The translations under genes were made by a program, and so were the position numbers. From Pseudomonadota bacterium (GTDB lineage: Bacteria; Pseudomonadota; Alphaproteobacteria; Rhodobacterales; Rhodobacteraceae): DNA of 64,000 bases. This document shows positions 43,538 to 54,011 of this stretch, one piece after another. The notes under the pieces were generated by a model. That model was not told the origin of the DNA and did not search any database. It saw only the letters and a list, made by a program, of their open reading frames with translations. The stretch spans positions 1,357-65,356 of the forward strand of contig JBCCXY010000007.1 of assembly GCA_039190895.1 (NCBI GenBank), read 5' to 3'. How positions within the stretch are numbered: the first letter of the stretch is position 1; each line of letters starts with the position of its first letter.

Positions 43538-45532
43538 TCAGAGTGTGATGTGACAATCGCGTAAAAGCTCTGACACCAGATAGCTTACCCGCAAGGCCGC
43601 CTCGGGCGACCCCGCTGCTTCGAACTGTGCGAGCGCCGTGCTGACCGACAGAAGTCCCAGCGTTTCCGCTCGTTTCCGCACGTCCCTTAGCGGCTCCTCC
43701 GACCCACCGAATCGTAGCGCATTAGCCACGACGCCCAACACCTCTTCGCAGTACCACCGGATCGGATCCGGCCCGATGGCGGCGCCGCCACTCGGGCGGA
43801 GCCCGGACTTCAGAAACGACAGCGCCCGCTCGCCCATGGACCCGGCGCCACCCTCTTGTCGCCCGTACCGGTCGAAGGTCAGGTTCAGCACCGAGAACCC
43901 GGTGCGCCGTGTGTTCTGGTAAAGCGTCACCGGTACGATCAGCAGATCCATATCCGCAACGGTCACTTCGCACAGGACGGCGGCGATGGTTGACTTGTTA
44001 CGCTCAATCCAACGGATATCCTCCGCCCGGTCTGCCGGGACTGAAAGGGTCAGCGCCATTCTGTTGGTATCCAGCGCGGGTAGCCCGTAGCGCTGCGTGA
44101 TGTCGTCAAAGTCAGGCGCGCCGAAATCCGCAACCTCCAGCAAAAGCGGCAGCGAGATCCCGGTCCGCCGCAGCCCCTTCGGCATGCGCTTTGACAGATC
44201 CTCCAGGGCGTCGCCCCACTGGTCGAACATCACGCCCACGTCCGAGGCGGCTTGCAATGGATGCGGCCCGGCTTCAGACAGCGTGCCCCGCCCGTGATCC
44301 CATGCGATCTGCCGGTCGGATGAGACCCGGGCCCCGGTCAACGTCATCTGTTTGCCCATAAGCTTGTTTGCTACGCCCGCGCCCCACAGGGGGTTTGAAT
44401 AGGCCGTGCGGGGCGAAAAGCTTGGGTCCATCCCTGCCGCCCGGGCCTGCCCGGTGGCGTACCACGCCCCATCCTGCGAGAAGCCATAAATCCGCGCGCC
44501 CCGTGCTCCGCCATCGGCCTTCCAGTTCACCGCCCCCATCAGCCAAAGAGGGAACGGGTCCTGCTCGGCATAGTGGCGGCGAAGCACTCCGGTCAGCGCG
44601 GGGTCCGAGGGGTGCGCCTCCAGAGCCTGGGTCAGCGCAAAGGCAAACGCGGCGTCGCTGAGGAAGCGGTCGTCGTTATACGAGAAGTGATGCGTTCGGG
44701 CCTGCCGCGCTTGTCGGGCGAGCACGCGCAACAGGCCGGTTAGACGGGGGGCCGCTTGCGCTCGTGCCGAGATCGACAGGTCGAACAGCGTCTCTTCAGC
44801 GATCACCGAGCCGCCCCCGAACACGCCCCGCACGGCGGCTGCGATCGCTTTGCGGGTGGCTTCGAGGAACTCAATAGCAAGCGTTTCGGCTGTCGGTTCA
44901 TTCTGTATGAGCGTGTCGAGAGACTGCGTCCCCGCCTGCATCCGGGTGACCAGCGCGGCGGCGGTGACGGCGCGGCGCTTGGCGCTTTTTGGCCCTTTGT
45001 ACACCGCGCCTTTCAGACCGAGACCCGCGAGGAAGACGACAGGCTTGTCGGTGTCAGGCAGTTGGACTGACAGGTTCGGTCCATCCTCTGCCACCGTCGC
45101 CTCGGTACTGATCCGGGCCTGCGTGACGGCCTTGTCCCAGTCGGCGCCCGCGAATTTGCGGATGGCGGGTTCGTCGAGATCGGCGAGGTTTTCGGCGGCT
45201 GTACTGGTTGGCGTTTCTTCAACGGTCGCTTCTGCCGCGTCGTCGCCATCGGCGCGCAAGGCGAGGGTGGCTAGCAAAATGTGTCGGCAGATGCCCGTTG
45301 CGGGGCATGTGCATTTGGCGTCGGTCGGTCCGCTGTCGGTGATGTTTACGGTGAAGCCTTCGGCGTTGACTGTGGCGGACGTGGCATCGCGCGCCTCAAT
45401 GGTGGCTTTGCCCGCCTCCATGTCCCGCCCGGCACGGCGGACGAGGCCGACGGAGGCGAGCGCAGATAAGGCGGCCTCGTCGTGGGTGTCGAGCATGACC
45501 TTCAGGCTCATGACATGACCTCGGCCATCCAT
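43538..45532 (-). CDS. SWIM zinc-finger protein (YehQ-like)
   Basis: 664 aa. SWIM motif CTCPATGICRH (CxCx5CxH). Last gene of the six-gene module. Confidence 0.75.
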   Translation of the reverse strand: MDGRGHVMSLKVMLDTHDEAALSALASVGLVRRAGRDMEAGKATIEARDATSATVNAEGFTVNITDSGPTDAKCTCPATGICRHILLATLALRADGDDAAEATVEETPTSTAAENLADLDEPAIRKFAGADWDKAVTQARISTEATVAEDGPNLSVQLPDTDKPVVFLAGLGLKGAVYKGPKSAKRRAVTAAALVTRMQAGTQSLDTLIQNEPTAETLAIEFLEATRKAIAAAVRGVFGGGSVIAEETLFDLSISARAQAAPRLTGLLRVLARQARQARTHHFSYNDDRFLSDAAFAFALTQALEAHPSDPALTGVLRRHYAEQDPFPLWLMGAVNWKADGGARGARIYGFSQDGAWYATGQARAAGMDPSFSPRTAYSNPLWGAGVANKLMGKQMTLTGARVSSDRQIAWDHGRGTLSEAGPHPLQAASDVGVMFDQWGDALEDLSKRMPKGLRRTGISLPLLLEVADFGAPDFDDITQRYGLPALDTNRMALTLSVPADRAEDIRWIERNKSTIAAVLCEVTVADMDLLIVPVTLYQNTRRTGFSVLNLTFDRYGRQEGGAGSMGERALSFLKSGLRPSGGAAIGPDPIRWYCEEVLGVVANALRFGGSEEPLRDVRKRAETLGLLSVSTALAQFEAAGSPEAALRVSYLVSELLRDCHITL

Positions 45533-46629
45533 CCGGCGAACTTGTCGGGCGTCATCGCGCCGACCTGCATGCCGATATCGGCGGCTTGCGCGGCGATGCG
45601 TTCGTCATAGTAGGGCGCGCCGCCGTCATCCAGCGCCAGCAGGCCGATCATGCGGACGCGGGCCTCGGCCATGCGTGCCAGCGACGCGAGCAGGGGGCGG
45701 GGCGACGCGCCTTCGGCGAAATCGGTGATGAGGGCGAAGACGGTTCGCTCGGGGTCGTGGATGAAGTCTTCGCAGTAAGTCGTTGCGCGGCCTATGTTTG
45801 TGCCCCCGCCGAGTTGGACGGACAGGAGCGTTTCCAGAGGATCTTCCAGCTTGTCGGAGACGTCGAGGATCGAGGTGTCGAAGAGGACCATCTTCACCGT
45901 GATCCCCGGCAGCCCGCAAAGGATGGCGGCCATGACGGCGGCGTAGATCAGGCTGTCGGTCATGGAGCCGGACTGGTCGACGCAGAGGATTACCGTCCAC
46001 GGCAGCTTGCGCTTCTCACGGCTGTTGAAGCGCAGGTTTTCCGCGATGATGCGCTGGCGCTCAGGGTCGTAGGTTTTCAGGTTGTCGCGCAGGGTCGCGC
46101 GCCAGTCGAAATTAGCGGCGGACGCGATGTTGGAGCGGCGGAAGCGGTTGCGGCGGCCCGAGAAGGCGCGGATGACGTCGTGACGGATGCGCTCCATGAT
46201 CTCGCGGATGACGCGATCAGCTATCTCGCGCAGCTTGGCCTTCACCGTCGGATCGGCGCGGCCCTGGAAGCTGAGGAGAACTTTGAGCAGGTCCTGGTTT
46301 GGTTCAAGGCTGTCGAGGGTCTTCGGGTCCTTCAGCAGATCGGTCAGGCCGTATCGGTCAAGGGCGTGGGTTTGCAGCGTCTCGAAGACGCTATCCGGGA
46401 ACAGGCTGCGGGCCTTACCTAACCACTTCAGCGGCACCATCTGCGTCGGGTCGAGCGATCCGTGCGAGCGATCTCTTTGCAGGCCGCGGCCCTCGTATTC
46501 GCGCCCGTAGAGGAATTCGAGCGCGGTATCCATCTGGCCGTCCTGGCTGCCCGCGCCGCCGCAGTTGCCCAGCTTGGGCGTGGCGTATTTGCCAAGGGTG
46601 AGCCGCCAGCGGCGGGCGCCGTCGCTCAT
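45508..46629 (-). CDS. VWA-domain protein (YehP/CoxE-like)
   Basis: 373 aa. MIDAS motif ILCVDQSGSM. Overlaps the downstream SWIM gene by 25 nt. Confidence 0.85.
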   Translation of the reverse strand: MSDGARRWRLTLGKYATPKLGNCGGAGSQDGQMDTALEFLYGREYEGRGLQRDRSHGSLDPTQMVPLKWLGKARSLFPDSVFETLQTHALDRYGLTDLLKDPKTLDSLEPNQDLLKVLLSFQGRADPTVKAKLREIADRVIREIMERIRHDVIRAFSGRRNRFRRSNIASAANFDWRATLRDNLKTYDPERQRIIAENLRFNSREKRKLPWTVILCVDQSGSMTDSLIYAAVMAAILCGLPGITVKMVLFDTSILDVSDKLEDPLETLLSVQLGGGTNIGRATTYCEDFIHDPERTVFALITDFAEGASPRPLLASLARMAEARVRMIGLLALDDGGAPYYDERIAAQAADIGMQVGAMTPDKFAGWMAEVMS

Positions 46630-46654
46630 GGTGTGGCCTCCCGGGGTGCGGAGC

Positions 46655-46812
46655 CGCGCATTGACGGGCCCAGGACCGGCGATCCGACAGGTGTTCTGGG
46701 CGCTTTATGGTTGGGTCCCGCCGTCGTTCTTATCGACGCGCTTGTGGCACCCAAATCGCCGGGCCAGGGTTGGGCCCGGCGATGCGCGGCGGCCTTCGGC
46801 CTTGATTCCGCG
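46655..46812 (-). repeat. MITE/REP-like repeat, copy D (inverted orientation)
   Basis: Reverse complement reads CCTGCGCGGAATCAAGGCCGAAGGCCGCCGCGCATCGCCGGGCCCAACCCTGGCCCGGCGAT...GGATCGCCGGTCCTGGGCCCGTCAATGCGCGGCT. Sits in the 190-bp gap between the DUF5682-like and VWA genes. Confidence 0.8.
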
Positions 46813-46819
46813 CAGGGGA

Positions 46820-49210
46820 TCACTGCGCCGCTCCTTCCAGAAGCCAGCCGCCGAGGCCATCGCTTTCGATCCCGGCGCGGAGTGAGCGTTCGAGTTGTAA
46901 GGCTCGGGTGAGGTCGGCTTCGCCGTAGACGGTGGTGCTGGACAGCAGCTCTCCGGTCTGGACTTGGTGGATGCCGGCGAGTTCCGCCGCCAGCTTATCG
47001 ACTTCGCGCGGGTTTAGGGCGGTGAACGCGAGGCGCAGGTGGGGGAGCAGTTCGAGGAACTCGTCCTCCGGGATGTCGCACAGGAACCGGTCGACGACGT
47101 CCAGCAGCCCGCCCGCGTGCCACAGCAACATGGGGCTCGTATGGAGGATGCCGCGCAGAAGGCCGATCCGCTCGGGCAGGTCGAGGCTGACGCCAGTCAG
47201 CCGCCCCTCCAGCGCCTCGGTCAGTTGCTCGGCCCCGCGCAGGCGGGCCTGGACGCAGATGGCGAGCATGGCGCCGAGGATCACCGGGTCGGTCGTCTCG
47301 TCGGTGACGCGGTCGAGCGCGTCCTGAAGAAGCTCTGGGTCCAGCCCGGCTTCCTCTGCGTCGCGGAGGATTTCTGTCATCACGCGCAGGGCGCCAAGGC
47401 GTTCGCTGACCTGCTCTTCCGTGGTGCGGGGGAGTTCGTCGCAAAGGTAGACCAGCCGTTCGTACGCCGCCGCGACCACGCTTTCGACGTCGAGGTCCTC
47501 CGGTGCCCGCATCGGCCCGGTGGAGCGCTGGGTGAACATCAGCCGTTGCAGCGCGTGGGTGACCGTGTCGAAAGTGCCGAAGTTCCGGATATCCCCCGCG
47601 AGGTCCGACAGGAACGGCGCAAGGGCGGGCCCAAGGCCCGCAAGCAGGCCGCGCGACAGGAGGCGCACAAGCTCCGGCAGGTCGCGGGCGTTGCCTTCGG
47701 CGACCATGTCCATGCGCATGCGGTGGAGGAGGTTCACGCCCGCCGTCGGGAGATCGTCGCCGAGGACGGCGCATTCGATCAGATGGCCTTCGACCTGCGG
47801 CGACCACGCATAGACCCATTCCTCAAACAGCAGATCGGTGCGCGAGTTGTTAAGGTAATCCGGGCCAATCTCACGCGAGGCAAAGGTCGATCCGATCAGC
47901 ACCATGGCGTGGGCGAAGCGGGAGGCGTCAAAATGCGTGTCCTTGCGCCGGATATCCAGCTTGCGGCGCCGCTGCGCGCCGTCCGTGATGTCGAACCGCA
48001 GCTTGCCCGCCCGGCGGCGGACGTCTTCGACCAGCGGGGGCGACCCGGCGGAGGGCGGCACGTCCCCCAGCAGGTCGCCGCAGAGGTAGTCCTGCAGGCG
48101 CTGGGTCCAGACGTCGTTCACGGTCGTCTCGCCCTTGATCAGCGCGGCCTTCACGCCGTCGATCAGGTCATGCCGCAGCGCCCCGGGGCGGCCGCGCATG
48201 CGGGCCAGCGCTTCGGCGACGCGGATCGCCTCCACCTGAGAGGGCAGGGCGATCACGTTGCCCTCGTCGCGCATTTTGTCCGAGAACCGGGAGAGCAGGC
48301 CAATCGCGATGTCGCGCCAGTCCGGTGAGTCGGTTTCGGCCCTCTCCCACAGGTGCTGGTAGTAGCCCGGCTGTGGCAAGCCCGCCGCATAGCCGTTCAG
48401 TGCGTCGAGCGCGCGGAAGCCGTAGCGGACGAGGTAGCAATCGGCCTTCTCCTTGGTCGTCTCGGGCTTCTGCTTTTGCGGGTCGACCAGCGGCGCGGCG
48501 TGGAAGCCGCCCACGACGACGACGACCGGGCCGCCGTCGTCGAGCGCCTTCAGGACGGCGTTCGCCATGTGGGCTTCGCGGTTGAGGTCGCCGCTTTCGG
48601 CGATGCTGGCCTCGGGCGTGGCGGCGCGGATGCCGAGGCAGTAGACGCCGACCTCGCCGAAGAATTCGCGCCAGGTGCCGGTGGCGAGCTGGGTTTCGAA
48701 GAGGTGGTCCCAGAGTTCGAACCCGTCGCGGCAGCCCACTTGCTTCGACAGGGCGCGGACGTAGTCGTTGCTGTCGAAATGCTGCTCGTCGGTGAGCACG
48801 ACCGGCTCGGTCTGTTCGGGCGGTGCGCCAAGCGCTTTGTCGGCGGCGGGGGCGTCGATGAACTCCAACGCGGCGCCAACCTTCTGGCCCTCTTTCAGGG
48901 CGACGTATTCCGGCGAGTGCGCGCAGAAGGGGTAGTACCCGGCGACCCGGGGGCGGTCTCCCTTGGGGTCGACGAGGGCGACGAGGGCGACGGGCGGTTT
49001 GGTGGCCTTGTCTAGCAGCAGTGGGATCTGCGCGGCGAAGTCCTGCGGGGCCTCGATGAGGATGTGCTTGGGCTGGACCTCGGCAATGAGGCGCTGGAGG
49101 TGCCACGCGCAGGCGGGGGAGTGGTGCCGGATGGGCACCACGTAGAGGCCCCGGTCGGGCTGGAACAGGTCCGCCCGGAGGCGTTCGAAATTGGGGCCGT
49201 CGTCAGCCAC
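46820..49210 (-). CDS. large uncharacterised protein (YehM/DUF5682-like)
   Basis: 796 aa. Its position between the MoxR ATPase and the VWA protein and its size match YehM. Overlaps the MoxR gene stop. Confidence 0.65.
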   Translation of the reverse strand: MADDGPNFERLRADLFQPDRGLYVVPIRHHSPACAWHLQRLIAEVQPKHILIEAPQDFAAQIPLLLDKATKPPVALVALVDPKGDRPRVAGYYPFCAHSPEYVALKEGQKVGAALEFIDAPAADKALGAPPEQTEPVVLTDEQHFDSNDYVRALSKQVGCRDGFELWDHLFETQLATGTWREFFGEVGVYCLGIRAATPEASIAESGDLNREAHMANAVLKALDDGGPVVVVVGGFHAAPLVDPQKQKPETTKEKADCYLVRYGFRALDALNGYAAGLPQPGYYQHLWERAETDSPDWRDIAIGLLSRFSDKMRDEGNVIALPSQVEAIRVAEALARMRGRPGALRHDLIDGVKAALIKGETTVNDVWTQRLQDYLCGDLLGDVPPSAGSPPLVEDVRRRAGKLRFDITDGAQRRRKLDIRRKDTHFDASRFAHAMVLIGSTFASREIGPDYLNNSRTDLLFEEWVYAWSPQVEGHLIECAVLGDDLPTAGVNLLHRMRMDMVAEGNARDLPELVRLLSRGLLAGLGPALAPFLSDLAGDIRNFGTFDTVTHALQRLMFTQRSTGPMRAPEDLDVESVVAAAYERLVYLCDELPRTTEEQVSERLGALRVMTEILRDAEEAGLDPELLQDALDRVTDETTDPVILGAMLAICVQARLRGAEQLTEALEGRLTGVSLDLPERIGLLRGILHTSPMLLWHAGGLLDVVDRFLCDIPEDEFLELLPHLRLAFTALNPREVDKLAAELAGIHQVQTGELLSSTTVYGEADLTRALQLERSLRAGIESDGLGGWLLEGAAQ

Positions 49211-50312
49211 GCAGCGCGTCTTTGGCCGAGCTGTAGAACGCCGACCACGCCTTCGACGTGCGCGAACGGGGTTTGGCGATCTGGTCGATATAGGCGCGCA
49301 GCTTGCGGGCGTCTTCAGGGTCGTCCTTGAACACCACGCCGCCCAGTTGCCGCGCGATGTGCCCTGCGGTCAGGTTCCCGTCGCCGAGATACGCGGCCTC
49401 CAGCACGGCGGCGTGGGTGACGTTCACGGCCTCGGCAGTGGACATGACCGAGTTGGGGACGGCGACGCTTGCCCCGTCGGCGGTCTTGCCGGTGCGCAGG
49501 TCTCGGAAGACCGAGACGACGACGTCGAGCACGTCGGGCTTCACGTCGGGCGACACGGGTGCGTCGGCCATGCGTTCGCTGACCTGCTTGCTGACGAGGG
49601 TCTTCTCGAAGTCCGCATCGGCAATTGGGTGGACCGTTTCGAAGTTGAACCGACGCTTCAGGGCGCTCGACATGTCATGCACGCCCCGGTCGCGGAGGTT
49701 GGCGGTGCCGATCAGGTTGAAGCCCGGCACGGCGCGGCTTTCGACCTCCGCCCCGAGTTCGGGGATCGAGATCGTCTTTTCGGACATGAGAGAGATGATC
49801 GCGTCCTGCACCTCGGGCGCGCAGCGGGTGAGTTCTTCGATCCGGGCGATCTGGCCGCCGCGCATGGCGGTGAGGATGGGTGAGGGGATCAAGGCGCGCT
49901 CGCTTGGGCCTTCGGCGAGCAGCATGGCGTAGTTCCAGCCGTAGCGCAGGTGATCCTCCACGATCCCGGCGGAGCCCTGGACAACCAGCTTGGACGTGCC
50001 TCCGATGGCGGCGGAAAGGAGTTCCGACAGAAGCGACTTGGCAGTGCCGGGTTCGCCGACGAGCATCAGCCCCTGCTGCCCCATCAGCGAGACGATGCAG
50101 CGGTCGACCAGCGGGTCGTCACCGAAGAACTTCTGCGACACGTCCAGCGACGCATCGCCCAGAATGAACCGCCGCACCGCGCGGGGCGACAGGCGCCAAC
50201 CCTTGGGCGTTGGGTCCGTATCGGCCGCCTTCAAGCGCTCCAACTCGCCCGCATAGCGGATTTCGGCAGGGGCTTTTTGGGTTTCGTCTACCATGCGCAC
50301 TTCTTCTCCCAT
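49203..50312 (-). CDS. MoxR-type AAA+ ATPase (YehL-like)
   Basis: Walker A LVGEPGTAKS; AAA_5/MoxR architecture; about 360 aa. Start may be the internal MVDET at 50294. Confidence 0.85.
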   Translation of the reverse strand: MGEEVRMVDETQKAPAEIRYAGELERLKAADTDPTPKGWRLSPRAVRRFILGDASLDVSQKFFGDDPLVDRCIVSLMGQQGLMLVGEPGTAKSLLSELLSAAIGGTSKLVVQGSAGIVEDHLRYGWNYAMLLAEGPSERALIPSPILTAMRGGQIARIEELTRCAPEVQDAIISLMSEKTISIPELGAEVESRAVPGFNLIGTANLRDRGVHDMSSALKRRFNFETVHPIADADFEKTLVSKQVSERMADAPVSPDVKPDVLDVVVSVFRDLRTGKTADGASVAVPNSVMSTAEAVNVTHAAVLEAAYLGDGNLTAGHIARQLGGVVFKDDPEDARKLRAYIDQIAKPRSRTSKAWSAFYSSAKDALRG

Positions 50313-53300
50313 TCCGGGTCATGCGCGCCCTTTTCGGCCATCGCATGAAAGTCGTTCCAGCATTCCGACAGCAGCACTTCGGGCACATCCCCCAGCTTGA
50401 TCGGTTGGTGCATCCGCACGCCCGCCTTCACAAAGCCAAGCGAAATCAGCGCACACGGCTGGTTTTCTTCGGGCAGAATGTTGCCCGTGAAATCCACCAC
50501 TGCGGTTACCCCGGCGCTTGTGAAGGGCTTGCGGTACTCGTGGAACCAGCCGCCGTCTTCGGCGGGCCCACGCTCCCACCCCAGTTTGGTGGTGAGGCCG
50601 CGGAGCTGGAAGGTCTCCATCACCCAGCCCTTGCGATCTTCGATCTTGGTTGCGTCCCGCTCTTCCTCATCAAGCCGCATCAGAGAGCGCCCGAACTGGA
50701 TAAACAGCGGCTTGACCTCATAGTCCTTCAGATGCTGCGCCCAGGCTTCGGTTGTGGCCTCGTCCAGCATCGCGCCATGGGCCACGCGGATCGCGTCGAA
50801 CTGCTCCAGATCGACCTCCGTGTCTTCGGCATCCGTGAACTCACCCTCCGCCGTCGGGCGGAAGGTGCCAAGGGGCTGGCCCTCCGCGTCGACGCCTTGC
50901 CACACGATCCGCTCGATCATCCGACGCATCACGGGGTGGCCGTGGAAGTCGCGCATCCAGGCTTCCAGCGACCAGCTTCGCGCGGCGCAAAGCGCTTCGT
51001 ACAGGCGCCCCGACTGCATGGACACGACCTGCTTGAGTTCCTTCTTCGACGCGGTGAGCTGCTTTTTCGAGGTTTTCGTCGCGTCGTCGTCCCCGGCGGG
51101 CAACCCCTTGATAACCTTGCCATCCGGGTTCTGCAGAACGAAGGTCAGGTCTTCGCTTAGCGTCGCCCGATATGGCTTTTCGTCCGGGCCACAGGGCAGG
51201 TCGAGATGGCCCTCATCGTCGAGCCCGGCAGACGGGATCACCCGGTCGCCCAGCTCGTCCATCGACCAGCCCATGCGGTCGGCGACGGTCTGCACCAGCT
51301 CTCCCGCGTAGGCCTGAACGCCCTTCTGCTTCAGCCGCGTTGCCGCCGCGATGACGACTTGCAGCGAGACCGGATCACCCTTGTTCGCCAGCACATCCAG
51401 CAGCGATGACGCTTGAGACGTGCGCGAGCCGTGGTTCCTGAGGTACCCCCGCACGCGATCCGCAGCAATGGTCGCGGGAGCGCGGGACGCGAAGGCTAAA
51501 ATGCCCTTCGCCGCCGCGCCGGAGTTCACGTAGTTCGACTTGATCTCGCGCCGCAGGTCGGCCTTGCACTGCTCAAGCGTGTATTCGGGGTAATAGCGCT
51601 TGTACATGGCGTAGCGTTGCTGGGCGTTCGCCTCTGCATACGCGTTTGCCTCTTCGTCCGAAGCCGTGGTGGTGTCGTAGTTGACCCAACTGTCCAGCAC
51701 CCATTGCGACAACGTTTCGGCGCTGTCGGGGGCGAGTTGGTCGAGGAAGATCTCGAACAGTGCGTTGCCGCCGGGTTGCTTTAGCTTGAAGCCGAGGAAC
51801 ATCCACCAGCGTGGCACGTCCGGGGGTACCGCCTTCCCGGCGCGGAACTTCAGCTTCGGCAGCGTGTCCAGGTTGATCCAGTCAAGCTTCGACAGGTTCG
51901 CCTTCTTCAGCCCCGCCTCCGCCTCGCGGATCAGCGCTGTCGGACCGACATAGTCGTCGAGCGGCACGCCAAGCTCTTTCATCGCCGTCAGGATGGCGGC
52001 CTTGGCGAGCTCGCTTTTCTCTTTTTTCAGGCGCTTCTTCAGCGCTGGAATGGCATCCGATTGGCCGCGTTGGCCGATCCACTCTGCCGCGCCCGCGCGG
52101 ATTGCCTGACGGCTGTCATCGAGCAGCGCGATCAGGCGCCCATCCACCTCGGGCACATCGGCAAGCAGCTTGCGCGCCTCGGCCTTGCCGAACTTCCGCT
52201 CCCCCGTTGCGACATCCAGGAGGGGGCCAAAGAAGCGCATCGGCACTTTCGGCATTTTGCCGAGGCATTTGATCGCCCTCGGCTTGTCCAGCACAACATC
52301 CTGTTCGGCATCGCCTTGCCCGAAGCCGCAGCCCAAAACATCAAGGTTTTCAGCCAGATACGGCCACAGCGCCTCGGGTGCGATATCGTCGACCTCGCTG
52401 CCCAGATACGACTCGTCGGGGATCAGGCAGCGCAGCACATCTCCCCGCTTTGCCTTGCGCGTCTGACGGTTGCGCCAACCACCGATGGTCAGGTGCGCCC
52501 CCATCTCTTCCCAAAGGGCGTCGATCGCGCGCAGGTCAGACTCGGGCTTCCCGACATAGGATCGGAGCAAGTCGGCAAACGGGCCATGGTTATAGCCGCT
52601 CAGCCAGTGTTCGATTGAATACAGGCTGTTGAACGCCAGCGAGATCGCCTGCTTCTCGGACATTTTGCTGAGGTGCCGTTGCGCCACCTGATGCCCAAAC
52701 GTCGTGAGGAAATAGATCGCGCCCCGGCCCTTATCGTCTGACAGCGCTTTGCCTTCGATCAACTTGCAGGCCAGTTTCACAAAGCTCGGCGACAGGTGCG
52801 GCTGCTTGTAGAAGAACTTTCGGTCCTTGTTGGCGGCGTTCCGTTCGTCGATGCGCTTGTTTTCCTTCTTCAGGACGCCTTCAAGCTCTGCGATGTCATC
52901 GGGGCCGAGGGTGACCAACTCACCCGTTTTCAGCGGGCGCAGCGGCGGGATTTCGACCCGTGTGCCGTCGATGGCGGTATACCCGGTCGCGTCGTCTGGT
53001 GCCCCGCCTGATGCCCCGGCAGCCGCCGTCGCAACAGACAGCGCATTCTCGATGGCGCTGACGATGCGGGCGGTTTTTTCGGTTTTGGCATGGGCCTCCA
53101 ACGCCTCACGCGCGGTGGGCGAGCCGATCTTGACCAGCACGTCCACCATCCCGGCGCGGACGCCGACCTTGCCGGTTGCCAGAAGGTCCACCGCCTTTGG
53201 CTCAATCACTTCGGGCGTTGCGAGGCCAAGCGCCTTCACAGCGGCTTCCCGAACGGCCTTTGAGCTGTCGCCTGCCAATTCGAGCAGGAATTCCAGAAAC

Positions 53301-54010
53301 GGCCCCTTGTCGGCAAGCTCGTAAAGCGCGAGTTCGTTGATGAAGGCTTCACGGCCACCGGCGGTACAGCGCCGGACCCCGGCTATGGCTGCGTCTGGAT
53401 GCGCTTCGATCAAAGGGGCGATATCGCAGAGCTGACGCAGATATTCGCCTTTGATCGGCTCGTAGTAGCTTTGGCTGATCCAGTACAGCACCTCGAACAC
53501 GTCTTCGAGCGTTCCGCCGCAGGCCTTTGCCACATCCGCGAACCGGTCGGGCGTCAGCCCCTTTGGAGCCTCTTTCCGGGGTTCCGGAGGCCAGACGTGC
53601 CGTGAGGCCATCGAGGCGGTGAACGCCTCGGAAAAGAAGACCCGCAGGGCTGTTGGGGCCTTGTCCGATCCCACCACGCGGTCGGGCAGCGGATTGGCTG
53701 TCGCGGCCAGGACCTCGGCATAGCGGACCAGCATCGGGATGTCGTACGGATCAAGGTCGAGGAACAGCGGCGCGCGCTTCTTGTGCTGACCCTGACCCGT
53801 CTGCGCATAGTAATGACCCGGCGTGCATAGCAAGAGCGGATCGCCAGAGGCGTGGACGCCCAACGTCGATAGCACCGTTGCGGGCTCTCCACTCAGGACG
53901 TAATCGACGGCCTTGTTGCCGAGTTCTGACTGGACGTTGTTCAGGCGGATAAGGTCTGCATTGATGATCTTGCCCGTTGAGCTTGAGAGGAGCCTTTTGA
54001 AGAAACTCAT
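50288..54010 (-). CDS. giant DUF4132-like protein (MolR-like), paralog B
   Basis: 1240 aa from ATG at 54010 (MSFFKRLLSSSTGKIINADLIRLNNVQSE). The track ORF extends 540 nt further as an out-of-frame Arg-rich overlap. C-terminal roughly 150 aa is homologous to the C-terminus of the upstream paralog (WF.EYRK.F..AG...DL.F.G......LSE.WND.H..A). Confidence 0.75.
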   Translation of the reverse strand: MSFFKRLLSSSTGKIINADLIRLNNVQSELGNKAVDYVLSGEPATVLSTLGVHASGDPLLLCTPGHYYAQTGQGQHKKRAPLFLDLDPYDIPMLVRYAEVLAATANPLPDRVVGSDKAPTALRVFFSEAFTASMASRHVWPPEPRKEAPKGLTPDRFADVAKACGGTLEDVFEVLYWISQSYYEPIKGEYLRQLCDIAPLIEAHPDAAIAGVRRCTAGGREAFINELALYELADKGPFLEFLLELAGDSSKAVREAAVKALGLATPEVIEPKAVDLLATGKVGVRAGMVDVLVKIGSPTAREALEAHAKTEKTARIVSAIENALSVATAAAGASGGAPDDATGYTAIDGTRVEIPPLRPLKTGELVTLGPDDIAELEGVLKKENKRIDERNAANKDRKFFYKQPHLSPSFVKLACKLIEGKALSDDKGRGAIYFLTTFGHQVAQRHLSKMSEKQAISLAFNSLYSIEHWLSGYNHGPFADLLRSYVGKPESDLRAIDALWEEMGAHLTIGGWRNRQTRKAKRGDVLRCLIPDESYLGSEVDDIAPEALWPYLAENLDVLGCGFGQGDAEQDVVLDKPRAIKCLGKMPKVPMRFFGPLLDVATGERKFGKAEARKLLADVPEVDGRLIALLDDSRQAIRAGAAEWIGQRGQSDAIPALKKRLKKEKSELAKAAILTAMKELGVPLDDYVGPTALIREAEAGLKKANLSKLDWINLDTLPKLKFRAGKAVPPDVPRWWMFLGFKLKQPGGNALFEIFLDQLAPDSAETLSQWVLDSWVNYDTTTASDEEANAYAEANAQQRYAMYKRYYPEYTLEQCKADLRREIKSNYVNSGAAAKGILAFASRAPATIAADRVRGYLRNHGSRTSQASSLLDVLANKGDPVSLQVVIAAATRLKQKGVQAYAGELVQTVADRMGWSMDELGDRVIPSAGLDDEGHLDLPCGPDEKPYRATLSEDLTFVLQNPDGKVIKGLPAGDDDATKTSKKQLTASKKELKQVVSMQSGRLYEALCAARSWSLEAWMRDFHGHPVMRRMIERIVWQGVDAEGQPLGTFRPTAEGEFTDAEDTEVDLEQFDAIRVAHGAMLDEATTEAWAQHLKDYEVKPLFIQFGRSLMRLDEEERDATKIEDRKGWVMETFQLRGLTTKLGWERGPAEDGGWFHEYRKPFTSAGVTAVVDFTGNILPEENQPCALISLGFVKAGVRMHQPIKLGDVPEVLLSECWNDFHAMAEKGAHDPEWEKKCAW

Positions 54011-54011
54011 G